Assembly (NCBI GenBank): GCA_049240945.1
Contig: JBMLRQ010000021.1
Coordinates: forward strand, 42,616 to 106,615
Direction: 5' to 3'
Length of the DNA stretch: 64,000 bases
From: Rhabdochlamydiaceae bacterium
GTDB lineage: Bacteria > Chlamydiota > Chlamydiia > Chlamydiales > Rhabdochlamydiaceae
Positions within the stretch are counted from its first letter, which is position 1; every line of letters starts with the position of its first letter. The position numbers and the translations under genes are program-made. The notes beneath the pieces were generated by a model that did no database searches, was not told the DNA's origin, and saw only the letters and a program-made list of their open reading frames with translations. This document shows positions 47,803-58,366 of the stretch, piece by piece.

Positions 47803-50800
47803 ATGTCATTTGACGAACACAATGATTCCCATTTTGATAAACTTACCATAAAAATCGCTTCTGATGATGTGATCAGAAATGAGTGGTCCAGAGGGGAGAT
47901 CAAAAAACCTGAAACGATCAATTACAGAACCTTTAAAGCCGAAAAAGGTGGTTTATTCTGCGAAAAGATTTTTGGACCTACAAAAGATTGGGAATGCGCC
48001 TGCGGAAAATATAAGAAGATTAAACACAAGGGTATTGTCTGCGATCGCTGCGGAGTAGAGGTGACTTTATCTAAGGTCAGAAGAGAGAGAATGGCTCATA
48101 TTGATCTTGCTGTTCCCGTCGTCCATATCTGGTTTTTTAAAAGCATGCCTTCTCGTATTGGTAATATTTTAGGGATGACTTCGTCGGACTTGGAGAGAGT
48201 GATTTATTATGAAGAGTATATCGTCATTGATCCAGGTCGCACGACTTTAGAAAGAAAACAGCTTCTGAATGATAATGAATACAGAGAAGCTCAAGAGAAG
48301 TGGGGTGCTGATTCATTCTCCGCCCAGATGGGTGCCGAAGCTATTAGGGATTTACTCGAAAAAGAAGATTTGAATCTACTCGTTACGGACTTAAAAGATA
48401 AATTACGTAAAACTAAGTCAATCCAAGCAAGAATGAAGATAGCTAAAAGATTGAAAATCGTCCAAAGTTTTCTGTCTTCTCCTAATCGCCCAGATTGGAT
48501 GGTTATGTCCGCTGTTCCTGTCATCCCTCCAGAACTTAGACCTCTTGTGCCTTTAGATGGTGGGCGTTTTGCTACGTCTGATCTGAACGATCTTTATCGA
48601 AGAGTCATCAACCGAAACAATCGCTTGAAATCAATCCTGAAGCTAAAAACTCCAGATGTGATTGTCCGGAATGAAAAAAGGATGTTACAAGAAGCTGTGG
48701 ATGCTTTGTTTGACAATGGAAGACATGGACATCCTGTTATGGGTGCTGGTAATAGGCCTTTAAAATCTTTATCCGAAATGTTAAAGGGAAAGCAAGGTCG
48801 CTTTAGACAAAACCTTTTAGGAAAGCGAGTTGATTACTCCGGACGTTCTGTTATTATCGTCGGCCCAGAGTTGAATTTTAATCAGTGTGGTCTTCCCAAA
48901 CAGATGGCTTTGGAACTTTTTGAGCCTTTCATCGTCAAACGTTTAAAAGACATGGGTTTTGTTTATACAATTCGTTCTGCTAAGAAAATGATTCAGAAGC
49001 AAGCTCCTGAAGTTTGGGATGTTTTAGATGATATGATTAAAGGACATCCTGTTCTTCTAAACCGAGCTCCAACTTTACACCGTTTGGGTATACAGGCTTT
49101 TGAACCTGTCTTAATAGAAGGAAAGGCTATCAGGATACATCCTTTGGTCTGTTCCGCTTTTAACGCTGACTTTGACGGTGACCAAATGGCCGTTCATGTT
49201 CCTTTATCTGTGGAAGCTCAATTAGAAGCTAAATTATTAATGATGGCTCCAGACAATATCTTTTTACCTTCTTCTGGGAAGCCTGTTACCGTTCCTTCAC
49301 AGGATATGATTCTAGGTCTATACTATCTAATGTATGACCCTCTTTACATTCCTGAAGAGCATGGTGGAAAAACTAAGCTATTTGCCACTTCCAACGAAGT
49401 TTTGCAAGCTCTAAATAGTGCCGGCAGTTACAGTTGGTACGAGGGAAAAAAAGAAAAGGAAGGTCGAATAGACGATTTAGGTAGAGGTCTTAGACTACAT
49501 GAAAAAATTCGTTTAAAATTGGATTCAGGGGTGATTGAAACAACTCCGGGTCGTGTTTTGTTTAATACCATAGTTCCTAAAGAATTGGGTTTCCAAAACT
49601 ACTCTTTAAGAAAAAAGAAGATGGGAGAGCTTGTTTTAGAAACTTATAAGAAAGTGGGTCTAGAAGCTACAGTTCAGTTTTTGGATAATGTAAAAAATCT
49701 AGGATTCGCTGAAGCCACTAAAGGGGCTCTGTCTATGGGTGTTTGTGATGTCAAAATCCCTCCCGGAAAAAATGCTGTCATTGAGGCTGCTTACAAAAAA
49801 ATCACGGTTGTCTTGAAACAATACGAAGACGGTATCATAACCGACGGAGAAAGACATTCCAAGATCATTAGCATTTGGACGGAAGTGTCTGATGTGCTTT
49901 CTGAAGATCTTTTCAAGCTGATCAGCGAAAACAAACAAGGCGAATTAAACCCGCTTTATTTGATGATGGACTCTGGAGCTAGAGGTAATAAATCACAGTT
50001 GAAGCAATTAGGAGCTTTACGTGGATTAATGGCTAAACCTTCGGGTGAGATTTTAGAGTCTCCCATTACGTCTAACTTCCGTGAAGGCTTGAGTGTCTTG
50101 GAATACTTTATTTCTTCTCACGGAGCTCGTAAAGGACTTGCCGATACAGCGTTAAAGACAGCGGATTCAGGATATTTAACAAGACGTTTGGTCGATGTCG
50201 CTCAAGACGTGATTGTCACCGAATTAGACTGCGAAACCTTGAATGGTATTGAGGTGTCTGCGATTAAACAAGGGCAAGAAGAATTACTTCCCATTAAAGA
50301 GCGTATTTTTGGTCGTACGGTATGTGACGATATTTGCCAACCCGGAGACAGCACTAAAATATTAGCAAAAGCAGGCGATACCCTCTCCATTTTTCAAGCT
50401 GAGGCGATTGATGATTCTGGGATTGAATCCGTAAAAATCAGATCAGCCACTACTTGCGAGTCCAAGAGAGGTATTTGTTCTAAATGTTATGGCTTGAACT
50501 TAGCGAATGGTAAATTAGTTGGTATGGGTGAAGCTGTTGGTATTATAGCCGCTCAGTCAATCGGTGAACCAGGAACACAGTTAACAATGCGTACTTTCCA
50601 CTTGGGTGGAATCGCTTCTGCCTCTTTAAGTCCTGAACTGATCACAGAGCATGATGGTATTCTGATCTACAAAGATTTGCGCACGGTGCAAGACGATGAA
50701 GGTCTTTGGGTTGCCCTCAACAAAAACGGCACCTTACACATCGTCAAAGATGAGGGAAGAAGTGTCGAAGAGTATAAAAAACTTTTATCGACTAAATCTA

Positions 50801-51987
50801 TAGAGCCTTTACAAACCTTTATTGTTGAATTAGGAACTAAAATTTTACTCACAGACGGTGCTAAAGTTCGTTCTATGACAAAAATCGCGGAATGGGAACA
50901 ACACAATATTCCGATTATCTGCGAAAGACCTGGATATGTAAAATATGAAGACCTTGTTGAAGGTATTTCTACTCACAAAGAAGTGAATAAGCAGACTAAC
51001 CAGACGGAGTTAACAGTTAAACAGCATAGAGGGGAGTTACATCCTCAGATTGTGATTTATGCTGATTCTTTATACCAAGAATTGATTGGTACTTACGCCA
51101 TTCCTTCTGGAGCTGTTATTTCTGTACAAGAAGGTCAGAAAGTCTCTGCCGGTATGTTGTTAGCTCGTCTTCCAAGGGGAGCCATCAAAACAAAAGATAT
51201 TACAGGCGGTCTATCAAGAGTTGTTGAGTTATTAGAAGCTCGTAAACCTAAAGATGCGGCTGAAATCGCTAAGATTGATGGAGTGATTGATTTTAGGGGT
51301 GTTCAAAAGAGTAAACGGATTGTTGTTGTTAGAGACGAAGAAACAGGGATGGAAGAAGAACATCTCATTCCTTTGACTAAACACTTAATTGTCCAAAGAG
51401 GAGATCATGTTGTTAAAGGTCAGCAGATCACAGACGGATTGGTGATTCCTCACGAGATACTTGATATTTGCGGTGTTAGAGAATTACAGAAATATTTAGT
51501 GAATCAGGTGCAAGAAGTTTATCGTCTGCAAGGTGTAGACATTAATGATAAGCACATAGAGATCATCGTTCGGCAAATGCTTAGAAAGGTGAGAGTAACA
51601 GATCCTGGTGACACCATTTTCCTTTACGGAGAAGATATAGACAGTAAAGCGTTTTTTGCACAAAATGCAAAGGCTATTCAATCTGGAGAAAGACCGGCTC
51701 AAGCGACTCCTGTTCTATTAGGTATCACTAAAGCTTCTTTAGAAACGGATTCTATTATCTCTAGAGCCGCTTTCCAGGAAACGACAAGAGTCTTAACAGA
51801 TGCATCTACGGAAGGTAAAGCTGATTTCCTACTGGATTTCAAGTCAAACTTGATCATGGGTCATCAAATTCCAGGAGGAACGGGCTTTAAGGAATTTAGC
51901 AAGCGCTTGTCAAAATTTATTGACCAAGAAGACTCCAAAGATGATGATTTATTTGACTTCATTCTTTCTAGAGAAGATGTATCTTGA
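47803..51987 (+). CDS. rpoC: DNA-directed RNA polymerase subunit beta'
   Basis: 1394 aa. Zn-finger CACGKY...CDRCGVEV, catalytic NADFDGDQMAVH, and LNRAPTLHRLGIQAFEP. Confidence 0.99.
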   Translation: MSFDEHNDSHFDKLTIKIASDDVIRNEWSRGEIKKPETINYRTFKAEKGGLFCEKIFGPTKDWECACGKYKKIKHKGIVCDRCGVEVTLSKVRRERMAHIDLAVPVVHIWFFKSMPSRIGNILGMTSSDLERVIYYEEYIVIDPGRTTLERKQLLNDNEYREAQEKWGADSFSAQMGAEAIRDLLEKEDLNLLVTDLKDKLRKTKSIQARMKIAKRLKIVQSFLSSPNRPDWMVMSAVPVIPPELRPLVPLDGGRFATSDLNDLYRRVINRNNRLKSILKLKTPDVIVRNEKRMLQEAVDALFDNGRHGHPVMGAGNRPLKSLSEMLKGKQGRFRQNLLGKRVDYSGRSVIIVGPELNFNQCGLPKQMALELFEPFIVKRLKDMGFVYTIRSAKKMIQKQAPEVWDVLDDMIKGHPVLLNRAPTLHRLGIQAFEPVLIEGKAIRIHPLVCSAFNADFDGDQMAVHVPLSVEAQLEAKLLMMAPDNIFLPSSGKPVTVPSQDMILGLYYLMYDPLYIPEEHGGKTKLFATSNEVLQALNSAGSYSWYEGKKEKEGRIDDLGRGLRLHEKIRLKLDSGVIETTPGRVLFNTIVPKELGFQNYSLRKKKMGELVLETYKKVGLEATVQFLDNVKNLGFAEATKGALSMGVCDVKIPPGKNAVIEAAYKKITVVLKQYEDGIITDGERHSKIISIWTEVSDVLSEDLFKLISENKQGELNPLYLMMDSGARGNKSQLKQLGALRGLMAKPSGEILESPITSNFREGLSVLEYFISSHGARKGLADTALKTADSGYLTRRLVDVAQDVIVTELDCETLNGIEVSAIKQGQEELLPIKERIFGRTVCDDICQPGDSTKILAKAGDTLSIFQAEAIDDSGIESVKIRSATTCESKRGICSKCYGLNLANGKLVGMGEAVGIIAAQSIGEPGTQLTMRTFHLGGIASASLSPELITEHDGILIYKDLRTVQDDEGLWVALNKNGTLHIVKDEGRSVEEYKKLLSTKSIEPLQTFIVELGTKILLTDGAKVRSMTKIAEWEQHNIPIICERPGYVKYEDLVEGISTHKEVNKQTNQTELTVKQHRGELHPQIVIYADSLYQELIGTYAIPSGAVISVQEGQKVSAGMLLARLPRGAIKTKDITGGLSRVVELLEARKPKDAAEIAKIDGVIDFRGVQKSKRIVVVRDEETGMEEEHLIPLTKHLIVQRGDHVVKGQQITDGLVIPHEILDICGVRELQKYLVNQVQEVYRLQGVDINDKHIEIIVRQMLRKVRVTDPGDTIFLYGEDIDSKAFFAQNAKAIQSGERPAQATPVLLGITKASLETDSIISRAAFQETTRVLTDASTEGKADFLLDFKSNLIMGHQIPGGTGFKEFSKRLSKFIDQEDSKDDDLFDFILSREDVS

Positions 51988-52009
51988 TTTCTTGTAAATC
52001 ATGACATTA

Positions 52010-52052
52010 AAAAACCCCTATTAGGTGATCCTAATAGGGGTTTTTGCTTTTT
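52010..52052. terminator. Bidirectional intrinsic terminator between the convergent rpoC and tal genes
   Basis: A-tract, 11-bp stem CCCCTATTAGG / CCTAATAGGGG (loop TGAT), then TTTTTGCTTTTTT. Confidence 0.75.
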
Positions 52053-52066
52053 TAGAGTTTTGTTTT

Positions 52067-53023
52067 TTATGCAAGCCTTTCTGCAATCTTTTGCTCTAAC
52101 TTTAGAGTATCTTTCGTAAAGTTTCGTATACCTTCAGCTAGTTTTTCGGTTGCCATAGGATCTTCTGAAAGAGCCCATCGAAACGATTTTTCGTCAATAG
52201 GTTGAGGGTACACAATTTTTTCTAAAGATGAAAGTGGGTGTAATTTGGCCGAGATTGATTCTTCTGACTGACTGAGTTCTTGTAAAAGTTTGGGGGCTAT
52301 AGTTAATAAATCGCAGCCTGCCAGCTCTAAGATTTCTCCTTTATTTCTGAAGCTTGCTCCCATGACCACTGTTTTATAACCCATTTTTTTATAATAATTA
52401 TAAATTTCTTTGACGGATTTTACTCCCGGATCTTCATGGGCTTCGTAATCTTTGTTATAGTTTTTTTTGTACCAATCGAGTATCCGCCCTACAAAAGGAG
52501 AAATTAAGGTGACTTTGGCTTCTGCGCAAGCAACGGCTTGAGCCATATTAAACAAGAGCGTCATATTACAGTGAATACCTTCTTTTTCAAGGATTTCTGC
52601 GGCTTTAATTCCTTCCCATGTTGAGGCTAGTTTAATTAATACTCTATCACGAGAGATTCCCATTGATTCATACAAAGTAATCAGATTACGTGCTTTTAGA
52701 AGACTTCCCTCTTTATCGTAGGAGAGTCTGGCATCAACTTCTGTCGATACTCGTCCTGGGACATATTTTAAGATTTCGATACCAAAATTAACAAAAATCT
52801 TATCCAAAGCTAGGTTTAATTGTTCTTTTTTTTGAGAAGAATGTTTTTTTGCATAAGCTAAGGCATCATCAACTAGATATTGATAATGGGGCATATCAGC
52901 CGCCGCCACAATTAGGGAGGGATTCGTCGTAGCTTCTGTTGGACAGTGTTTTTTTATCTCTTCTATTTCACCGGTATCAGCAACGATAGTTGTAAATTTT
53001 TTTAATTGTTCTAATTGATTCAT
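52067..53023 (-). CDS. tal: Transaldolase
   Basis: Colinear with remembered E. coli TalB: [87 protein letters not shown]. Confidence 0.97.
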   Translation of the reverse strand: MNQLEQLKKFTTIVADTGEIEEIKKHCPTEATTNPSLIVAAADMPHYQYLVDDALAYAKKHSSQKKEQLNLALDKIFVNFGIEILKYVPGRVSTEVDARLSYDKEGSLLKARNLITLYESMGISRDRVLIKLASTWEGIKAAEILEKEGIHCNMTLLFNMAQAVACAEAKVTLISPFVGRILDWYKKNYNKDYEAHEDPGVKSVKEIYNYYKKMGYKTVVMGASFRNKGEILELAGCDLLTIAPKLLQELSQSEESISAKLHPLSSLEKIVYPQPIDEKSFRWALSEDPMATEKLAEGIRNFTKDTLKLEQKIAERLA

Positions 53024-53184
53024 ATTAAAATCCCTTTGAGTTAGTGAGCTTTAATCCTCTAGCTTTTATGTTTCTTAGCATGTAAATGTAATTATGCCAA
53101 TTTTTTTTTCATAAATAAAGGCTAAAGAAAAAAGGGATGAGAAGAAAAGAGATCTGGTTTTCGATTGAAAAAAGCGAGTCACCT

Positions 53185-53505
53185 TTAAGTGTCTCGTCCC
53201 ATTTGAGAAGAGCGATCTTTTTTTGACACTAAAACGATAGCCACAACGGTTACAATAGTGGCTAAGCCTGCAAGAATAAGATTGCTTTTATACTGATTTT
53301 TAGGTCTATAAAGCGGATCTAGTTTTGCCACTTCTTTTTCCATGTTAATGCGTTCGATATCCTGATCTTGAGATTCAAGAAAGGGAGAAGAATCTTCGTT
53401 TCCCGATATGATGGTGTTGTTTTGAAAATTTCCTCCGTAACTTCCATTTGCTCCTGAGCAGAAAAGAAAAGATGTCACAAGACCGTAAATAACAAAATTT
53501 TTCAT
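53185..53505 (-). CDS. Small hypothetical protein with an N-terminal signal-like segment and a C-terminal TM anchor
   Basis: 106 aa. MKNFVIYGLVTSFLFCSGANG at the N-terminus and LILAGLATIVTVVAIVLV near the C-terminus. No known motif. Confidence 0.4.
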   Translation of the reverse strand: MKNFVIYGLVTSFLFCSGANGSYGGNFQNNTIISGNEDSSPFLESQDQDIERINMEKEVAKLDPLYRPKNQYKSNLILAGLATIVTVVAIVLVSKKDRSSQMGRDT

Positions 53506-53904
53506 ATATAACCCTTTTTATAAAATTGCAGATTATAAATTTTTGAAAAAATTTTGTCTATGACACTTAAAGCTATTTTGGATTATGTATGATTGATCCT
53601 CATCAAATGAGAGGATCTCTTTTTATCTCCAATTAAAACATGCTAATCTTGTTCACCGAAAGAGAAAATGAAGAATTTTTACTGAAAAATATGTGATATT
53701 TAATGTAGAATGTAGCCCGTTAACAAATAAGTTTTTTTCTTTTAACAGGATGAGTGTAAAGTTATAAGTGCTTTTTGTCTGATTTTGCTGTATCCATTGT
53801 TTTACAACCTATAAATGGTTTTAAAACCATAATTTCTGTTATGGAAAATATTAAGACTTGTAAGTCTAAAATAAACTGTAAAAAATAAAATTCGGATCGC
53901 AAAA

Positions 53905-54531
53905 ATGAAAGATATAGAAAATGGGGAAAACAAATTAAAAAAAATTTGTGACATTTTAAAAACAGAAACTTTGGAACCAGCTCAAAAACAAGCTAATCAA
54001 ATCATTTTTGAAGCTAAAGAAAAGGCAGCTCTTATGATTGAAGAAGCTGAAAAAAAAGTTAAACAAATACAATTAGAGCAAGAACAAACAAGCAAGAAAA
54101 ACCAACTAGCTTTCGAAAATTCCTTGATTCATGCAACTAAACAATGTATTGAATCCATAAAATCGATGATTGAAAAAAAACTTTTTAAATCTCATCTCGA
54201 TGAAATCCTGTCTCCTTCTCTAACCTCTTCGGACGTTTTAGCTAAACTGATCAACGCCATAGTTGAAGCTGTCCAAAAAGAAGGGGTGCATGCGGATCTG
54301 AGTGTTTATGTGCCTTCTGTTGTATCTTCTTCTGAAGTGAATAATCTTTTGCTCGGTCATGTTATCAATGCTCTAAAAGAAAAAAGTGTGCTGCTTAGCT
54401 CTTTACATGGAGGGGTGGAGTTGAAAATACACGATCAACATCTCACTTTAGATTTAACAGATCAGTATATCAAAGAAATCATCTCTCAATACATAAGGAA
54501 AGATTTCAGAACACTTTTATTTGCTATATAA
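53905..54531 (+). CDS. atpE: V-type ATP synthase subunit E
   Basis: Long charged N-terminal helix (A.KQANQII.EAKEKAA..IEEAEKK), size of 208 aa, and first position in the V-ATPase cluster. Confidence 0.75.
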   Translation: MKDIENGENKLKKICDILKTETLEPAQKQANQIIFEAKEKAALMIEEAEKKVKQIQLEQEQTSKKNQLAFENSLIHATKQCIESIKSMIEKKLFKSHLDEILSPSLTSSDVLAKLINAIVEAVQKEGVHADLSVYVPSVVSSSEVNNLLLGHVINALKEKSVLLSSLHGGVELKIHDQHLTLDLTDQYIKEIISQYIRKDFRTLLFAI

Positions 54532-54532
54532 G

Positions 54533-55231
54533 ATGAACCACTATTTTTTGGTCACCTATTTACCTCATTTAAATACGGCTTGTCCTCTTGAAACATCCTC
54601 AAGGGAATTGTTTGAGTTACTTGAAACTAATCTTCCCTTGTCCGATCTTATCAAGATTAGGGATGTTCGTATGCTGATAGATGTTGAAAATATTTATCGA
54701 TACATAGATGGTCTTCCAATTGATAATAGAGGGTTATTGTCTTCTTTAGCCGCTTTAGAAGAAGCTCTTACTAAGCAGGATTTTTTCCCTGACATGGTTT
54801 TTGATTTTCTAAAGAAATATCCTTCTTTCAGTGATAGAAAAGCTCATTTTGAGGAACTGGTTTTTTCAGTTTTAGACATGTTCCTCAATGTTCATAAAGG
54901 TGTTTTACGCCGATATTTTCTTTTTAAAAAAGATTTGTATACCCATCTTAAAAAATTGAGGTCTCCTGGTTTTTGGGATAAAATAGAAAAAAACGACTCT
55001 CTTTCTGATTTCGAAAGCTCCTTAACAACTCTGATCCAAAAATTGCCAATTAGCCCCAAACAGACAGTGAATCAACTCGTTGAATTGTATTTTGTTGAAT
55101 ATGAGAACTGGTCATCTTCAAAGCATTTTTCTTTCGATTATTTAGTGACTTACGTTTTCAAATTAATGCTATTAGAAGACTATAGCTGTAGGAATGAAAA
55201 ACAAAAATTAGAGTTAGAAACCATAAGATAA
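54533..55231 (+). CDS. V-ATPase operon accessory protein (chlamydial-type subunit C-like / DUF2764-like)
   Basis: It lies between E and A, where chlamydial V-ATPase operons carry a conserved hypothetical gene. The ATG is 1 nt after the atpE stop. Helical sequence with no catalytic motif. Confidence 0.5.
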   Translation: MNHYFLVTYLPHLNTACPLETSSRELFELLETNLPLSDLIKIRDVRMLIDVENIYRYIDGLPIDNRGLLSSLAALEEALTKQDFFPDMVFDFLKKYPSFSDRKAHFEELVFSVLDMFLNVHKGVLRRYFLFKKDLYTHLKKLRSPGFWDKIEKNDSLSDFESSLTTLIQKLPISPKQTVNQLVELYFVEYENWSSSKHFSFDYLVTYVFKLMLLEDYSCRNEKQKLELETIR

Positions 55232-55252
55232 TTTAATTAATAGGTAAAAGTA

Positions 55253-57034
55253 ATGGAGCAAAAGCATACTAAAGCTGTAGGTCGAGTTGTCACCGCTTTT
55301 GGTAATTTATTACAAGTAGAATTTCAAGGAGAGATCAGACAGGGAGAAGTCGCTTTAGTTTTGGTTGATCATGCTTATTTAAAAGCCGAAGTGATTGAAA
55401 TTATAGGTCAAAAAGCAAAAATTCAAGTTTTTGAAGACACGAAAGGGGTTAAACTAGGATCTCTTGTAGAATTTTCCGGTCATTTACTAGAAGCAGAATT
55501 AGGGCCAGGTCTTTTGACTTCTATTGTTGACGGTCTGCAAAATCCGTTGGAATCTTTGGCTGAAGCCTGTGGTTTGTTTTTGAAAAGAGGCGTTTATGTT
55601 CCTCCTATTAATCGCTCTAAACACTGGGATTATGAGCCGACAGCACATGTGGGTGAAGAAATCGAGAGAGGAGATAGTTTAGGATACACTATGGAAGGCT
55701 CTTTTAAACATCTGATCATGGTTCCTTTTAACCACTATGGCAAATATAAACTGGTTTGGGTGATTAAACCAGGTTCTTATACAGTGGACACTATTTTAGC
55801 TGTTGCTGTGGATGAAAAAGGAGTTGAATATAAATTTAGTATGTTACAAAAGTGGCCGATTAAAACGCCCCTTGCTGTTGGTTTAAGAGTCAAATCTGAA
55901 GAGATGATGGATACCGGTCTTAGGACATTGGACACACAGTTTCCTGTGGTTAAGGGAGGATCATTCTGTTCCCCCGGTCCTTTTGGCGCAGGAAAAACAG
56001 TTTTGCAACATCATTTATCAAAATACGCTTCTGTCGACGTTGTGGTGATTGCCGCTTGTGGAGAAAGAGCAGGAGAAGTTGTGGAAGTTTTACGCACCTT
56101 CCCTCATCTGCTCGATCCGTATCGTTCTGAACCACTCATGAATCGTACTGTGATCATTTGTAACACTTCTTCTATGCCTGTGAGTGCGAGAGAAGCTTCT
56201 ATTTACATGGGAGCGACGATAGCTGAGTATTACAGACAGATGGGGCTGAATGTGCTTTTATTAGCTGATTCAACATCTCGTTGGGCTCAAGCTTTAAGGG
56301 AAATGTCTGGAAGGCTAGAAGAAATTCCAGGAGAAGAGGCTTTTCCTGCTTACCTTGCCTCTAGAATCGCAGCTTTTTATGAAAGAGCTGGTGTTTTACA
56401 ATTGAAAAATGAGAAAAAGGGTTCTTTAACAATAGGAGGAACAGTCTCACCAGCTGGCGGTAATTTTGAAGAACCTGTCACGCAAGCGACCTTGGCTATT
56501 GTAGGCGCTTTCCATGGTTTATCAAGAGCACGCTCTGATGCAAGAAGATATCCAGCTATAGATCCTTTGATCTCTTGGAGTAAATATACAACTGTTGTAT
56601 CGAATGAAATCAACCAAAAATATAAGTTGTCCCCAAATTTTTGGGAAGCCGGTGTTAAAATGGCTTCTAAATTGACGAGAGAAGGGGATGATATAGCCAA
56701 ACGAATGGAAGTCGTAGGAGAGGAAGGGATATCTCTTAACGATATGGTCACTTATCTCAAGGCCGAGACATACGATGCAGCTTATTTGCAGCAAAACGCT
56801 TTTGATAAGGAAGATGCTTACACAGTGGTTGATAGACAAGTTGAGTTATTTAAGTTGTTTTTATACATATTTCAAAGTGAATATGTTTTTACGGATCATG
56901 ACGAAGCTCGATCGTTCTTTTTGGGTTTATCAACGCAGATTAAAAATCTTAATTTCACTACTTTTGCTTCAGAAGAATATCAAAATCGGTTGAAAGCTAT
57001 TTATCAAGAGTTAAAACAGCAAATTAAAGCTTAA
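55253..57034 (+). CDS. atpA: V-type ATP synthase catalytic subunit A
   Basis: Walker A GPFGAGKTV, Walker B LLLADSTSRWA, and the non-homologous insert typical of A subunits. Confidence 0.97.
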   Translation: MEQKHTKAVGRVVTAFGNLLQVEFQGEIRQGEVALVLVDHAYLKAEVIEIIGQKAKIQVFEDTKGVKLGSLVEFSGHLLEAELGPGLLTSIVDGLQNPLESLAEACGLFLKRGVYVPPINRSKHWDYEPTAHVGEEIERGDSLGYTMEGSFKHLIMVPFNHYGKYKLVWVIKPGSYTVDTILAVAVDEKGVEYKFSMLQKWPIKTPLAVGLRVKSEEMMDTGLRTLDTQFPVVKGGSFCSPGPFGAGKTVLQHHLSKYASVDVVVIAACGERAGEVVEVLRTFPHLLDPYRSEPLMNRTVIICNTSSMPVSAREASIYMGATIAEYYRQMGLNVLLLADSTSRWAQALREMSGRLEEIPGEEAFPAYLASRIAAFYERAGVLQLKNEKKGSLTIGGTVSPAGGNFEEPVTQATLAIVGAFHGLSRARSDARRYPAIDPLISWSKYTTVVSNEINQKYKLSPNFWEAGVKMASKLTREGDDIAKRMEVVGEEGISLNDMVTYLKAETYDAAYLQQNAFDKEDAYTVVDRQVELFKLFLYIFQSEYVFTDHDEARSFFLGLSTQIKNLNFTTFASEEYQNRLKAIYQELKQQIKA

Positions 57035-57047
57035 TTAAGGACAACAT

Positions 57048-58346
57048 ATGCGCAAAGTGTACGATAAAATTATTGATATGAGGGGTAATCTCATCACGGT
57101 CATGGCGAAAGATGTTATGTTGGGGGAACTGGCTAGAGTATACAAAAAAGATGGCAGATATGTTTTAGCAACTGTTTTACGTATAGAAGGAGAAAAAGTC
57201 ACTCTACAAGTTTTTGAAAATTCTAGAGGGTTAGCGACAAACGATCGGATCACTTTTTTAAGCAAAGAAATGGATTTAACTTTCGACGTTAACTTGTTGG
57301 GGCGTAGGTTAAGTGGTTCAGGTCAAGTTATAGATGGTGGGCCCATGATTGTAGGAGAACACATCTCTATCCACACCCCATCTTTCAATCCAGTTAAGCG
57401 TGTGATTCCTCACGAATTGGTTAAAACGAACATACCTATGATTGATGTCTTCAACTGTTTGGTTAAATCACAAAAAATCCCCATTTTTTCTAACGCTGGC
57501 GAACCGTATAACCAACTTTTAATGAGGATAGCTAATCAAACAGACGCCGATGTGGTTATTATAGGTGGTATGGGTTTGCGTTTTGATGATTATCAGGCTT
57601 TTATTGATAATGCTGAAAATTCGGGCTCTTTAGAAAAAACAGTTATGTTTATCCATAAAGCGACTGATCCGGCTGTTGAATGTTTGATGGTTCCTGATAT
57701 GTCTTTATCTTGCGCTGAAAAATTCGCTATTCAGGGTAAAAATGTGCTTGTTTTATTGACAGATATGACGGCTTTTGCAGATGCCATGAAAGAGATTATG
57801 ATCACGATGGATCAAATTCCCTCTAACCGAGGTTATCCGGGTTCTTTGTACTCTGATTTAGCTTATCGTTATGAAAAAGCTGTAGATATTGAAGGGGGGG
57901 GGGCGATCACCATCATTTCGGTGACGACTATGCCGGGAGGGGATGTCACACATCCTGTTCCAGATAATACAGGATACATAACAGAAGGTCAGCTTTACCT
58001 CAACAATGGTCGTATAGAACCTTTCGGCTCTTTATCCAGGTTAAAACAGCAAGTAATAGGTAAAGTAACAAGAGAAGATCATGGGGACTTAGCTAATACC
58101 CAAATTCGTCTTTATGCTGAATCCAAAAAAGCCAAGGAAAGAGAGAGTATGGGCTTTAAATTATCTAAGTGGGACGAGAAACTCATTCGTTATGCTAAAT
58201 TATTTGAAGCGCGCATGATGAGTTTGGACGTTAATTGTGATTTAGAGTCTGCTTTAGATTTAGGTTGGCAGACTTTGGCTGAATGTTTTAATAAAAATGA
58301 GTTGGGATTCAAACAGTATTACATTGATAAATATTGGCCTATTTAA
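57048..58346 (+). CDS. atpB: V-type ATP synthase subunit B
   Basis: LLTDMT.FA.A..EI, GYPG.LYSDLA..YE.A and [15 protein letters not shown] blocks. Length is 432 aa. Confidence 0.97.
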   Translation: MRKVYDKIIDMRGNLITVMAKDVMLGELARVYKKDGRYVLATVLRIEGEKVTLQVFENSRGLATNDRITFLSKEMDLTFDVNLLGRRLSGSGQVIDGGPMIVGEHISIHTPSFNPVKRVIPHELVKTNIPMIDVFNCLVKSQKIPIFSNAGEPYNQLLMRIANQTDADVVIIGGMGLRFDDYQAFIDNAENSGSLEKTVMFIHKATDPAVECLMVPDMSLSCAEKFAIQGKNVLVLLTDMTAFADAMKEIMITMDQIPSNRGYPGSLYSDLAYRYEKAVDIEGGGAITIISVTTMPGGDVTHPVPDNTGYITEGQLYLNNGRIEPFGSLSRLKQQVIGKVTREDHGDLANTQIRLYAESKKAKERESMGFKLSKWDEKLIRYAKLFEARMMSLDVNCDLESALDLGWQTLAECFNKNELGFKQYYIDKYWPI

Positions 58347-58366
58347 ATTAACAGGTTATAGATAAA

